This document shows positions 22,371 to 33,471 of a stretch of 42,999 nucleotides of DNA, in pieces. Source of the stretch: Phoronis australis (lineage: Eukaryota; Animalia; Phoronida); the NCBI GenBank assembly GCA_002633005.1, contig NMRA01000030.1, forward strand, positions 1,090,237 to 1,133,235, written 5' to 3'. Within the stretch, counting starts at the first letter, position 1, and every line of letters begins with the position of its first letter. Position numbers and translations under genes: made by a program. The notes below the pieces were generated by a model. That model did no database searches. It was given only the letters and a program-made list of their open reading frames with translations, and was not told the DNA's origin.

Positions 22371-25300
22371 GAGACAGTCCATATAAAAACCAGTAGATTT
22401 TCAAAAATCAGTCTATACGTCAAAATTTAAAACAACTTCATTTTTTGTACATGGGTAGGTATCCTAACATAAACCCAAATGCCAAATTTTGTGCACTCAG
22501 TGACCCCTAATTTCGCCGCTGGAGCATGATAACACAAATTGGCACAATTGGGCATATTAGCCGTCTCAAAAATTGCATTTTTTCAGCAACAAAAATGAGT
22601 AACATACAAAATAGATCAAAAGCTATATTTTGGTGGCTGGAATAACCAACGTATACTGTACATAATTCTGTGCCATTTATTAAAATCTGACAGTTTTGTA
22701 CTAGACAGGGGAAATAATCCACAGACCACTTTTTGGGGCTAATTTTAGTGACCATTTTTGTGACCTTCTGACTGCCATAAAACACCTTGTAGCCTTATGT
22801 GACTTTTTGAGCATACAGTTAAAGAGTTAGTCTTGATGACTGAGCAATAAAAAATCTTGCCTCAACTTTGCACCTTAGTGAAAATTGTCTTGCAAAACTG
22901 TCTATTTTCATAGTTTGGAAATGACGAGCAGAGTTTACAGACCATTTGAACAAACTTTTAGGCAATAAGTCTGCTTTAAATAGTTATAGAAACCAAGTTT
23001 TAACTCTTTCAAATGAAAACAAGATGTTTTCCGGGTTTATTACGCGGCAAGTATCAAACATGAACCCGATGACCTTTGCCCACTGAGGGAGTCAGTTGAG
23101 GTTAAGCTTGAGGATATATAAAAAATGTACGTGTAACCCTCTTGTATTCTTTCACTTCTTTTACATTATCAGGTTAATTTAAAAACTCTGTAGAAATTTT
23201 AAATGGAAATAAATGCCTTTAAGATTAAACGAGTAAGAATTGATATTTGTAATGACTGGTTTTGAAAGAAGCAAGTGCATTTTAAAAAGACAAAATTGCG
23301 GGCGATGTCGATGGGCCTTCATGTTCCTTTAGAGTTTATTCTGCAAAAAATCCGATCACAAAAGCTTTGTGCTTTAGTGAGTTATGTTAAAGACACCACT
23401 GAACATTTGAGATACAGGACACTACCTCACAAAGCAAGGCCTGTGCCAGAGTAAGGACTCGTACTACCCAGAGTCGGTGAATTTCTGACTGAACAGGACC
23501 AGTCATGGAAGAGTCTGGTAATGCTGGATGTTACCACTCTGCTCCTCTCCTCCTGAACGTAGCAGCCTTGTCAAATTCTACCGGCATTTCTGTTTCAAGA
23601 TATGACTTTAGTGAAAGTCAGAATGGAAAGGATCTCTGTGATCGCAAGATCGCTCCACTCAAACAACATGTAAAGTACTTTGTAGCCGAAGGTAACAATA
23701 TCATAAACTTTCTGGATTTGAAAGAAGCATTACTTTCCAGTGGCCGTGTGAATGGGTGTTATGTGTATGCATGTTCAGTCAATGCAACAAAGTCTTTTCC
23801 AAAATACTCAGTTCCTGGTATAAGCACATTCCCAAATTCCCACTATTCCACCCAAGGAATTCGCGTGTGGAAATCATTCCATGTAGGTGACGGTAAGTTC
23901 TTACAAATACTGAGAAAATGGGAACCCTATTTCTCTAAAATACACTAACATCTCTCTCAGACATGGCGGGTTTTCAACACCAAGAGTTAAGGTTGGCATT
24001 GTATCAGATCTGGTGAAGAGCCTCAACAAAAGTTCCCTTGTACCCAGCAAGGTTACTCGAAATTTTTTGATACACGTATGACCACATCGCACGACAGTGG
24101 TCAGAAATGCTTTCAGATGCAAGAACCGGAGCGTCATTTGAGACAGCCTCAGAGTACTATTTGGATGAGACGAATGCTGAAGCAATAGGTTAGGCATTAA
24201 AAAAGGTAAAAGGTCAACAAAATTTTCATCAAAGGTTAAGAACTTTCTGACGAACATATTCGATGAAGGAGATAAGTCAGGTAAAAACGTTCACTCTCGG
24301 AAGTGCCAAAATGGAGAAAACATTTCGAGAACCTACTGGTAAAGTGTTTACCTGTGATATTAAGTGAATCGCAGATTGGTGGATTTTTTGGAGGTTTTCT
24401 CCAGCAATGTTTATGACAATGCAATTTCTGCTGAAGATGCTGTTATATCGTCAGATTTACTGAATGAAGTGGTAAATGAGCTCAACGTTTAGCCTAGTTT
24501 TGTAGCATACCAGTCAAAGATGTGTGATATATGAAGTCGAGACCGTTACTTCTGTTTACTTCATGTCTGTCATGAATGAGTCATTAATAAAATTGTCTCT
24601 CGTGAATTATTTTCTATTGACTGTGAATGTGTACCTTTTTATACCACTGATGATCACACTGGCAGAAATATTCAGCGTTAGGGTGCCCTGTGTGTGGGGG
24701 GAACACCAGATTTCTGGCGACTGGTGGCGAATAAAATTTGTAGCAACCGGTAGGGACATCACAATATGAACCCAACGTTACAATGACTATCGACAAGTTG
24801 AAGGATTTTTTGCACTGAACACTATAAGGGAGGCATATCCACCTTGGACGCCTAAGTTCCTTTGCCTGTGGCACGAACAAGGCAGATAGACAACAAGACA
24901 GGGGTGAGTTCAGAGGTTCTAACCTCTCTAAAATTTATCCAAAACCACGTGTTCTTATTTAAAATGCAGGGCAATATTTCGCGAAGTCTTGTATTATAGC
25001 AAGGTCCTTGTGTTACTGCTCTTATTCTAGATGCGTCTTCAGTCTCTACGTAAACAAAAGCAGCGCCATCTATCATCACGCCAGTTGATTTACGTTACAT
25101 ATTTTTTGTAATAAGCAATAATCATCAATGCCGTTTTCAGAGAATGGTAATTAATAATGCTGTCTGCCTTTTCTCCAAAATACAAGGTTTTTATGTCGTG
25201 TTTCGCAAGCTATTTGTATGTTCCCAGAGCCCCCTATTGGCAGCAGAGGCAACTGAGAACGTGCAAAAGGACGAAGTGCAGTTCGTGTAATGCTTCGTAG

Positions 25301-25800
25301 GCAAAAACTACATTAGAGGCAAGATTTTTTATTTTAGATTATGAACAGGTTAGGAATGACTAAAGAAATTATTATAAAGTCAATTTCAGGAAAGGTGCGT
25401 TATGGCTGCTACACAGTGCCAAATTTGGCCGAAAATGGCTTCAGTGAAAAACTGAAAACTAGCCGTTTTTGCCCCACAAATTCAAAACGTACAAATTTAT
25501 AAATGGATTTTGAAAGTTATGCCATTAAATTATTCAGCCACTGTCCTTTCAATTTGTATTATTAATTTGTTTTGACCTTACCACTCATGCTAGTAAAATG
25601 CATTCAAACATGCCTACTTCGACGCCCAATTTTGTTGCAAAATGGAGGTACAGGTCATAAAAAGAAAAGTGATGATTTGAAAATTCTTAAAAAGTGAGGT
25701 TTTTCTACATCTCAACAAACCAAACTCATGTGCTAAGTTTCAAAAAAATCGGTGATTTTGGGTATAGACTCTACCTGTTGGTTTTTATATGGAGTCACTC
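22371..25800 (+). mobile_element. Sola3-type DNA transposon, both ends present, internally deleted and decayed
   Basis: TTAA|GAG...CTC|TTAA (22367-22370, 25801-25804); TIR GAGACAGTCCATATAAAAACCA / rc GAGTGACTCCATATAAAAACCA; inverted similarity is still visible about 480 bp in (ATAAAAAATCTTGCCTC); transposase relic inside. Confidence 0.85.
23390..24490 (+). pseudogene. Sola3-like DDD transposase C-terminal relic
   Basis: SGNAGCYH (for SDNAGCYH), RYDFSESQNGKDLCDRK, PGIS, GIRVWKSFHVGDGK, then frameshifted KFSSKVKNFLTNIFDEGDKSGK and LSESQI. Confidence 0.8.
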
Positions 25801-25892
25801 TTAATTTATTAGAGGGCGTGAAGTTCGCGAGATCATTCCATATGAGTACTTTAAACTGGTAATACTTGTATGATTAATTAAAGTATTTACGA

Positions 25893-25898
25893 TTTATT
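25893..25898 (-). promoter_or_regulatory. Candidate polyadenylation signal of SHQ1
   Basis: AATAAA on - about 410 nt downstream of the stop; a second lies at 25805-25810. Confidence 0.35.
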
Positions 25899-26309
25899 AT
25901 TTAAAAAGCTCCTGCCTTAAATTCTACACTTTTGCATAAAAAAGTTTACATGGACAACAAAGCAGTCACATTTACATGTAGATGGTTGAGGATTAGAAGG
26001 TGCTGTAAACATCATTAGAAAAACACAACCCCATAATTTTCTGGTACCCTTGGTACATGTAGATCATCCATCTACCCTCACAGCAAGAGTGCTGATGGAC
26101 AAAAAGTGCTTCTAAAACAGTTCAGCCCAAGTTACCAAACTTGATGATCTTAAATCTGATCACAAAAGGCAGACAATGAAATGTGTACTTTGTAGTAAAT
26201 GTTAAAAAATGCAAAGTTTGTACTGCACAAGGTGGTTATTAAAGTTAATAAACATGATATTAACTTCTGCCACAGGTACCCCATAGAAAGTTTCATTATT
26301 GGCTTCACA

Positions 26310-26600
26310 TTATAATGCAGAGACAGATTCCAGTCCTTCAATGGCAGAGTCATTGTTAGAATCACTTGAAAGTTCAGAGTTTGAGTTACTATTATCAGAA
26401 TCTGTCTCTGTAGTGTCTGATTCTACACTGTCATCATCATCTGAATCTGCAAGCTTTACTGACTCTTCAAATTCCTCAGAAACATCCAGAGCTGACATTT
26501 GATTGGCAACTGATAACACATCTTCATCTCCAGCACTGACTAGTGCCATCTCTTCCAATTCTGTTAAACCAAACCCAACATCGTCTTTCCTCACATGTAT
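26310..26600 (-). CDS. SHQ1: SHQ1 coding exon 3 (terminal, acidic Ser/Asp-rich tail)
   Basis: ctttgcag|ATA, phase 0; IHVRKDDVGFGLTELEEMAL matches the SHQ1 C-terminal K..LG.EL.ELE motif; TAA at 26312-26310. Confidence 0.85.
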   Translation of the reverse strand: MHVRKDDVGFGLTELEEMALVSAGDEDVLSVANQMSALDVSEEFEESVKLADSDDDDSVESDTTETDSDNSNSNSELSSDSNNDSAIEGLESVSAL

Positions 26601-27206
26601 CTGCAAAGTGACAAAGATTTGTTGATTTATTTTTAACAAGTATAAAATTTACTAGTGCTAAACCCATGTTAGATGGAGTTGTGACTTTTTGTTTTATGTT
26701 TGCACACTCGTTTTAACTTCAGATAACATGAGAACCTTTATTAATTGTAACATCAGATATGAAGCCCTTATTTAGGGAACAGGTAAATTCTGCTCCTGTG
26801 CCCCTAATCAGCAACCATTAGTTGAAAACTAGGCTTCCATTCTGCCTCTGACTGGTTACAAATTTTTGAAATCTCCACACATCACAAATTTCTAAATTGT
26901 GCACTCATCACAAATTTTCAATCATCGTCAATGCCATTACTTTGCCCCTCTGGGATCTGATTGCTTGAGTGTCATCATAGTAATGTTTTGTTGAAAACTG
27001 ACATGTCCCAAGCACTCCTAGCAGCCGACTGAATATTACAAGAGACTACAAAAGACAGTTGGCGAAGAAATCCCTCTCAAGGTCTCACCTAAGAAGAGTT
27101 TGCACCACAGAATTGCATTATAATATAGAATACTTAATTTCAGTATAAAAGAAACAACAATATTATTAAAATCTTTTGTCTATTTACACCGACCTCTTGT
27201 CTATAT

Positions 27207-27257
27207 ACACTGTCACGACATTTCGATCAGTCTATTCTCCAGCCATCGTCAGGTGTT
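27207..27257 (-). ncRNA. Minimal type-I hammerhead ribozyme motif (Penelope pLTR), copy 1
   Basis: CAC-CTGACGA-T-GGCTGG(agaataga)CTGATC-GAAATGTC-GTG; stem I CAC/GTG; GAAAC is changed to GAAAT. Confidence 0.7.
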
Positions 27258-27313
27258 CCCGAGTTCTTAGAAGAACAAGCACGGATATGTGGTACACTCA
27301 TGGTGTGATTTTT

Positions 27314-27396
27314 TGTCCGAGGCAGGATTTGATCTCACGACTTCTGAAACTACTGATAATTTGAGTCCAGTACCTAAACCACTACACCACGGAATC
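27314..27396 (-). other. tRNA-derived (Leu-CAA-like) sequence with A/B-box-like motifs; not an intact tRNA
   Basis: 83 nt: GATTCCG TGGTGTAGTGG TTTAGGTA CTGGA CT-CAA-AT TATCAG, long variable arm, CGTGAG ATCAAAT CCTGC CTCGGAC A; B box lacks the canonical TTC and the stems are imperfect. Confidence 0.6.
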
Positions 27397-27697
27397 ATTC
27401 CATTAGGGATTTTTTTATTATACATACTTAAACCTTCCTAAGTAGACTGAGCCAGGTGTCACTTGGTTGTTTGCTTGGCTGACTGGAGACATTGCCTTGT
27501 ACTTTCATGTACATGGCTTCCTTGATCTTTCTCTTGGTCCAACCTGTTTCACTGTCAAGTATTCGGATGTTATTCCAATGGATATTGTGTTGTTTCGAAC
27601 ACATGTTTTCTGTTACTCCTGATGACGTATTACCATCTCAGGAGTAGCAGAACACATGTGTACCACATATCCGTGCTCGTTCTTCTAAGAATGCGGG

Positions 27698-27748
27698 AAC
27701 ACCTGACGATGGACGGAGAATAGACCGACCGAAACGTCATGACAGTGT
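27698..27748 (+). ncRNA. Minimal type-I hammerhead ribozyme motif (Penelope pLTR), copy 2
   Basis: CAC-CTGACGA-T-GGACGG(agaataga)CCGACC-GAAACGTC-ATG; intact CUGANGA/GAAA core, palindromic ACGT stem III, one stem I mismatch. Confidence 0.75.
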
Positions 27749-28139
27749 AAATAGACAAGAAGTCGGTGTAAACAGACCAAGAGATTTTACTAATAGTCAC
27801 ACGCCACCACCTCAGAGGGGTTTTAGAAAGTCATTAAATTCATATGTCTGCTTTGGATCCTAAACCATAATGAGTGGACATGTAGAACAGTTCACAACTT
27901 CACAAAGAAACTCTAGCTGCATGCAAATATGAACCATAGGCAAATCATGGTAAATGGTGTATCTGGGCTGATTGAACATGTTTGTTTAATGGCTTGTGTG
28001 CCTTTTATTCCTGGATCACCAGCATTGGCCATCTGGGGGCTTACTTAAATTTCCTGGCATTTTCTTATCATGTATAGCCAATCAACTGACAGAAATTGCC
28101 TGACTGTCCAACCTAACAAGTTATATGTTGAAACTGTAC

Positions 28140-28334
28140 CTGGCGCAATCCATCTGAAATTGTCTTGATGGCGTCGGCTTTTACTGTTTGAATCCAGACA
28201 CAATAATCTGTAATGTAGATCTCGTTCAACACGTAATGGGGATCGTTACCATTAAAGAGATGGTGAATCTCAAGCAGGTTTCGCAGCAGCTGCTTTTGTC
28301 CACAGTCAAAAATATGCTGAACATCCTCCAGTAC
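28140..28334 (-). CDS. SHQ1: SHQ1 coding exon 2
   Basis: ttcttatcag|GTA...CAG|gtacag; 195 nt, phase 0-0; contains the SHQ1 hallmark DPHYVLNEIYITDYCVWIQ. Confidence 0.93.
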
Positions 28335-30789
28335 CTGATAAGAAAGAGACATCTCAATTGTTTTGAAATTACCTTGTAACATGGCAAACCAACACACTGG
28401 ACACTTCATTTGCCACACACCTGTACACTTATAAATCCTTTAGGTCACCACTCAACAATTTTAAACAATCTTTCTCAGGTATTAGTATTCCAACCACATA
28501 AATTCTTAATGCATCATTATTTCCACGTCACTTTTAAAGTGGAACTTGCACGCTCATTCCTTATCTCAGTTACTCCTTGGTCATATTTAGTAAAAACACA
28601 ACTTATAGCAACGTGAATATGAAGTAGGTTGAAAATTGCAAAATAATTTTAAGAACCAAGATTTGTAACAAAAATGATCCACTGCGAATGAGTGAACGAT
28701 GTCCAGTAAGTATTGTGACATGGCGCTGTGGAATAATGCTGCAAGATGGTGGCTGTGAGCCCGTGACGAATGTCATTAATGCAAAGGCCACATATTTACA
28801 GAAATTTTTGCTTTTACATTGTTCACAAGTTATCAATGAATTCAACTGCAGTTTGTTTAGCATAGATTAAATTAAAATAAGTTTGTAGTTGACTTATGCT
28901 GTTTGTGAAGATATTGACCGTTTCTTTCATCCACTTTTCCACCACAAAACATTCAGTCTACTCCTTGTTACATGTCTTTCGACTGCAGAATCGCACTATT
29001 TGTCACTGCGGTTTTATATCAAATGCATGCCATTGATGAACCACGCTATCCCAGGCACAGGCGCTTGAATTTATCTGTTCCTCGATTGCCACTAACGTCA
29101 CTCACTACTAAGAAAATATATTTCTTAAATATGGTTACGAGTCCTCGGGAAATTCGAGCGCCTGTGATCTGCAATTACAATTTTCGTTCCTCCGAAACAT
29201 AAAGAGCAGTTTCCAGTTTGGCAAGGCAAGTTTTTGGCAAATCAGATTTTTTTCGGGGAAATATAATGAAGATACGCGGAGGGAATAAAGAAAAAAGCCG
29301 AAATCCACGTTTCCGCTGAAAATTCCAAGCCTTGGAGTAAGAAGGAATTTGAGACCAATTCATAAGACCGAAAAACAGTTGGTTTTTGAAAGGTCAACCT
29401 GGAGACAAAAAAAAACAAAATTGTGACATTTTTGGAGGTCACTTGACCCTATGTGTGTTGCTAATTATTGTCATAATAAACTAATTACATCAAATCTGTG
29501 CAATCACAAGAAACCTAAACTTTCAAAACTATCGTTTGATCCGTACTGCATCGTCAACCTCTTGGGGTCAAAGCCCAAGACCTGGATATGATGGTGCAGT
29601 ACACCCATCACAAAAAAGTGCTGAAGCTTTGTTACATCATAAGTTTTCAATAAAAATAACTTCAGATTCTCTTTTATCTTGTTTCTCAATACTATTGACC
29701 AGAAATCATGTGATAGATGCACAGAAAATTACGTTCGTCACAGCCACGAAATTAGAATTTTTCAGCCAAAAAATATAACCATAGCTCTTATTTATGCTTT
29801 CCAAACACGCAGAAGACGACATTTGCCTCACACCTAAGAACCTAAAATGATTACATGTTACAAAGACAGCTATAAAATCAAGTTAAGAAATTGTTATGAC
29901 GGTTTCAAAGACGCATTGGGCTTACTTTACAATGCTATCTAGTTACTCTTAGTAGAATTGAACTTGTTAAGATTAGACGGTTGGACATCCCAAAATGCAA
30001 ATAAAACAAAATACTAATCTAATGAACTTATTATTTTAGTGTTAGTGCTCCATGTTTGTAAAGATATCCTTAATTTTAGGAAACTGAAGAAGCAAAAAGT
30101 GTTCATATAAAAGACTTCCTATTCCTAAGGGGCTCTGGAGATCAAATAACAGGAGAACTAAAGGAATACAGTTTAAGTTGTTCTGCTGGAATCAACGTGT
30201 TATTTTTGCACTAACCCGCTATGCTGTTTTTTGTTGAAAAAGCTGATGCTGGGCATTTTAAGTGGTAGCAACATGTGGCCTACTTTATTGAGCATTCTTG
30301 ACACACCTTCAGTGACTGTAGGTAGTAGCTCTTGCATTTTTCAGTGTTTTGGAAGGCTTGTAGGAAAAGGTTTTATAACAAATAACATCATCCTATTTTA
30401 AACATTTTTGGCAAAGCAAGAACCTGCTGATCTCGCAATCTTTTTAAGAAAGATTATTTTTTCGTTACTAAGCTTTGAGGTGATTGAACCATCATTTAGA
30501 AAAGGAAGAAGGAATTGTTAGAGACCAGGGCAAGAGCAGATGCAACTGGGAAAGGCATAAACACCTGCCATGTTCTCTGAAACTCGAAAAAATGTCATCA
30601 TGGATCAAGAAAATACATAATTGTATCTGCATGAATGGTCATGCAGCCTTAATGCAGAGCGTCTAGTTTATAATTGAAAAGATCTTCTTCCCATATACTA
30701 CAAACGATCGTGATTTCAATCCTTACTTGTTGGCGCATGTTAGTATAAAACTGAGGTGAACATAACTGTGAAAAATAACAATAAAACAA

Positions 30790-32685
30790 AGTGCAGATTT
30801 AATTGATTACTGTATAAGATTGATGTTCAGGATGTGACTTGTGAATATATCTATTGTTTCTGACGAGATGACGAATTGTAGGAGTTAGAGTAAGAAAGAG
30901 TTTGCGTAATATGCAGTGTGTATGTATGATCTTTCAAAGGTATGACAGTGGGAGTTACGTGACTTGGAGGTATGTAGGAGTGGAAGGTATGAGTGAGGAA
31001 TAGCAGCCAGGTTATGGACGGTCTTGTACAGAAGGGACAGTTTGTTTTGAGCTCGTCTTTCCTGGAGGGTGGGCCATTTGAGAGTTGTGAGCATGGATGA
31101 AACGGAGGAGTACCTTGAGTGGTCATTTAAAACGAACTTGGAGTCTCTACGCTGTATTTTTTTCTATTTTTTCAATATTCGTGCAAGTGGATGGATCCCA
31201 GACAGAGGAGTATTCGAGTTTCGGTCTAACAAGTGAAGTGTAGGCAAGGGCTTTTGTTTTTTGTGGAGCATATTTGAGATTCTGTTTAATGAAGCCAAGA
31301 GTTTTGTTTGCCTTTGAGGTGATTGTGTCTATATGAGTGTTCCATGATAAATTATTGGTGAGAGTGACCCCGAGGTGTGGGGATTCATTAATGCATTTGA
31401 GTGAAGCGTTGTATAGACTGTAATTGTATATTATGGGGAACATTTTCTTTGGATACGAAGAATATTGCATTTGGAGATATTAAAGTTCATTTTCCTAGAA
31501 TTTTCCCAAGAGGCTAAGGAGTCTAAGTCTTGTTGAAGAATTTGGCAATCATGGGGGGGAGCAATGGGTCTATAGAAGACTGCATCATCAGCAAAGAGTC
31601 GCACATTTGAGAGAATGGTACCAGGAAGGTCGTTTATATAGAGTATAAAGAGTGCAGGGCCAAGGACAGAGCCCTGGGGCACCCCTGATTGGACTGGGGA
31701 GAAATTTGAGAACTCGCCATCCACGACGACTCTCTGTGTTCTATAAGATAGAAATGACTGTGTCCAATTGTGGGTGAGACCTCTTTTTCCGTAGTGTCTG
31801 ATCTTCTCCAAAAGCCTTGGATGGGATACCTTATCAAAGGCTTTGGAGAAGTCCAGCACCACAGCATCGGTTTGAGTGCCTGCCTCCATAAATTGGAGGA
31901 GGTCATCTACGAATGTGACAAGTTGTGTTTCGCATGATCTATGGCTACGAAAATCATGCTGCCAGGTGTAAAGTATATTATTTGTGTCGAGATGAGGCAT
32001 AATGTTACTGACAACTATGTGCTCCATAAGTTTGGAACATATGCAGGTGAGAGATATTGGGCGGTAGTTTGAAGCCAAAGTTTTATCTTTTTTGAAGATG
32101 GGTGCTACGTTTGCATTTCGCCATTCTGTCGGAACTGTAGATGTTTCATATGACTTGGTAAAGAATTTTTGGAGGACAGGTGCAATTTCTTCTGCTGCTA
32201 CTTTAAGAATGTGAGGAGATATTTCGTCTGGTCCAGCGGCTTTGTGAGGATTGAGGTTTTGCAACATTTTGAATATACCGTCGGTAGAGAAGGTTATATT
32301 ATGCATGAAGTTGTAGGGGCTTGTGGCCATGTCGGGTGTACCTGTACCATCGTCTTTTGTGAAAACTGAGGAAAAGTGTGTGTTTAATATTTCCGATTTT
32401 GTTTTTGAGTCAGAGTGTAGGAAGCCATCTTTTTTAAAGGAGCAATGTTTGGTGATTCTCTGTTGAGACTTTTGATGAAAGAGTAAACTCTTTTTGAATT
32501 ATTACTTTGGGAAGGTGTAATTATGTTATTGATGCAATTCCAGGAGGCTTTGCGGGTTTCTTGTTGGACTAGTTTCCTAAGTTTTAGGAAGTTTTCTCTG
32601 TCAGTTTCATTTCCAGTATGTTTGGAACGGCGAAAGTGTTTGTCTCCGAGTCTTTTTCTGAGTTTTTTAATTTTGGGATTTATAT
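30790..32685 (-). mobile_element. 5'-truncated CR1-group LINE (ORF2 reverse transcriptase), frameshifted, in SHQ1 intron 1
   Basis: KAAGPD, NYRPISLT, SCETQL, LDFSKAFDKV, SGVPQGSVLGP, LFADD, then LVRPKLEYSSVWDP and LKWPTLQERR in shifted frames. Confidence 0.93.
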
Positions 32686-33471
32686 TGAATTAAAAAGTTA
32701 AGTGAACAGCTAACCAAAACTAATCACTAATAAGGACCAACAGTTGATAATTTTATCAGCTCCACAAATTCCTTAATGATAACCCTAAATTTAACTCTTG
32801 AGGTTTGCCATCACAATGCAAGACAGCACCGGTGTTTTGGATCAAAATACGAATGCCACAAGTCGATGCTGCCAATTAAACCATGTCAAATGAACTGTCT
32901 GTTATACGAAGATACTGAAGTCCTGTTACTAATACTTTTAAAACATCACCTTTTTACGTAAGAACATGAGCACACATCAAAACTATCAACGACATAGCCC
33001 AAACAATAAATCTATACAAGCTTAGGGTAAGTCCTATTTTAAAAAAACAAATAATTAAACCGCATATTAATTACAATGATGATTAGTAATGCTTTTAAAC
33101 TTTATTCCACAAATTATATTTAGGATAGTCTCGTTTACTTACTAGTCTCGAATTTGCATTTTTAATGCATAAAAAGTTTTCCTGATTACCAACAGGTGTC
33201 AAATAAAAAGTAATTATCACTCTCATTTCCGTACATATCTTCAAAAAGTGAGGATTTTAGGAGGTTGTTTTCTATCTTTAATCAAATGCGCTGAAAAAAA
33301 CAAATACGGGTATGTGTTTGTAAATCAGCGAATGCAGGTTTCAAATTGAGTGCGGGCAAGACGAGTACCAACTTTGCTTCCTTGGCCTAATGTTAAGATG
33401 TTAAGATGTTAAGTAGTACAAATGATAAGTGATTGACAGAAGGTGGCTTTAAAACATGTGAAAAAGATTAC

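Larger units (their letters stand above)
27161..27795. mobile_element. Penelope-like element remnant: head-to-head inverted pseudo-LTR pair
   Basis: About 135-bp inverted arms 27161-27297 and 27658-27795; inner arms 27599-27622 and 27638-27661; GIY-YIG C-terminus on - at 27622-27428 (SGVTENMCSKQHNIHWNNIRILDSETGWTKRKIKEAMYM...*). Confidence 0.9.

Noticed and set aside
27314-27396. Functional tRNA-Leu gene
   Set aside because: T-loop lacks TTC, the acceptor, anticodon and T stems are imperfect, there is no downstream T-run terminator, and it is embedded in a Penelope remnant.
28335-28418. N-terminal MWQMKCPVCW... of ORF 28113-28418
   Set aside because: Upstream of the acceptor at 28336-28335; intronic and no SHQ1 similarity.
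33409-33471. C-terminal VIFFTCFKATF... of the 359-aa ORF as part of SHQ1
   Set aside because: Read-through into the intron past the AAG|gtaatc donor; SHQ1 similarity resumes at 28334.
26601-33471. Intron-encoded H/ACA or C/D snoRNA in SHQ1 introns
   Set aside because: Looked for because of SHQ1 function, but I could not identify a convincing hairpin-H-hairpin-ACA or C/D structure by eye; an Infernal/snoRNA scan would be needed.
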